This document shows, in pieces, positions 62,956 to 64,000 of a stretch of 64,000 nt of DNA. The DNA is from Dendrobates tinctorius (taxonomy: Eukaryota), in contig NW_027361788.1 in the NCBI RefSeq assembly GCF_039654945.1, forward strand, positions 42,966,001 through 43,030,000, given 5' to 3'. Numbering within the stretch: position 1 is the stretch's first letter; each line of letters opens with the position of its first letter. The translations under genes and the position numbers were made by a program. Under the pieces are notes generated by a model, which was not told the DNA's origin, did no database searches, and saw only the letters and a program-made list of their open reading frames with translations.

Positions 62956-64000
62956 TCAGCCAATCAAACGATAGAAAACCCAGCAGCCAAATGTGATCCA
63001 GTGGCCGGCCCAGCTCAGCTCGGACCACTTGGTAATGGTATGGGCCATCCCATAGCCCTGGATAATGAGAGAGGAGGCAAAAATTACACAATGGCTACCA
63101 ATATGGGGCTGCTGCCCTACTGGTAAATGGCTAATTAGAGGGCTTGTCCACCATTGGAGACAATTGTTATTTTAAATACATATATTTTTGACAATTGGTT
63201 TAATTAAAACTTTTGCACAGTTTGTCCCCTGTAATCTCTGTGTTACACTGTCTGCCGCTGGCTGCAGAACGAGGTAACTGAGATGGTCTGTCGGGTAGTC
63301 TGTAACACTTATCTGTTGTTATTTGGGTTCCTTTCAACTGATTTATAGATTATATTAAAGTTGACTATACAGTGAATGAAAAAACCTTTAAAAGCCAAAC
63401 AGGAGCATGTTTCAATTACAAAAATTATGTATAGCCCCTAAATAAATACATTTATGTAACAAAGTCTCTAAAAAGTCAAACCCTTTAAGGCAGCAGCATA
63501 AATTTTCCATTTGGCAGCCTGGATAATGTCAGCTAGAACGTTCGTCACATAGATTAGCCAGAAAACAACCTCACGTTGTCAGTAAGGACAAGTTTTACAG
63601 AATATGAAAGGAAAAGTGACCGCTAGTGGACAACTTATCAGGAACATCATTTTTTTTTACTAATTCATTCATACACTGTTTTACCTCTTCTTCACTGGTA
63701 TCCTCAGAGTCTGTATCAAATAAAGACCCCAAGTACGTCAGCTGAATTATAGCCATGATGCCGAACAGCATGTTAATCAGGAACACCAGAGGGCCCTGGT
63801 AGAAGGCGAAACACGAGAGCTGGTTACAGTCTGACAGGTCACATACAAAGCCAATGACTGCTTAAAGGGGGAGCAGAAAAGCAGCAGATTCTCTAATAGG
63901 GGGTGCACACAGGCAATGTGCAGGGGGGGAAATAAACACGTGACGTGGACCATTCAGTGCTGTCATCCTACCAATGTCTTACCTTTTTGCTATGGTGTGT
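62956..64000 (-). CDS. porcn: Porcupine O-acyltransferase (Wnt palmitoleoyltransferase, MBOAT), last three coding exons
   Basis: Exons 63,983->64,000 (partial, THHSKK), 63,685-63,795 ([37 protein letters not shown]) and 62,956-63,057 ([33 protein letters not shown]). These match the remembered PORCN C-terminus. Confidence 0.96.

Overview
Eukaryotic (vertebrate, very probably frog) genomic DNA. There are no prokaryotic features, and nearly all ORF-track entries are repeat artefacts. Positions 1-~25,150 are a 48-bp AT-rich satellite (~520 monomers) with kb-scale higher-order duplications. Manual splicing recovers five genes: (i) four 5' coding exons of a SYCE1-like synaptonemal-complex gene (-, 27,568->26,293; missed by the ORF track), whose next intron runs into and apparently contains the satellite; (ii) intronless SFT2D3 (-, 39,819-40,433), head-to-head with (iii) FTSJ1 (+, 10 coding exons, 41,888-46,713, 327 aa); (iv) an SLC51A/OST-alpha-like gene (-, 7 coding exons, 51,614->47,209, 421 aa), tail-to-tail with FTSJ1; (v) the last three coding exons of PORCN (-, window end to 62,956). 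Mobile DNA includes an intact 1,221-bp DD36E (Incomer-type) Tc1 element inside a nested MITE/LTR stack, a decayed Tc1, a hAT non-autonomous element, many Harbinger- and Kolobok/T2-type MITEs, solo LTRs and Penelope-like inverted remnants with hammerhead-like cores. The most interesting leads are the satellite-filled giant intron in a meiotic gene, a 308-codon open frame directly behind the SFT2D3 stop (acidic/Cys repeat plus hydrophobic tail), and a possible unannotated spliced + strand gene at 52.4-56.6 kb. All gene names rest on remembered protein motifs, not on database searches.
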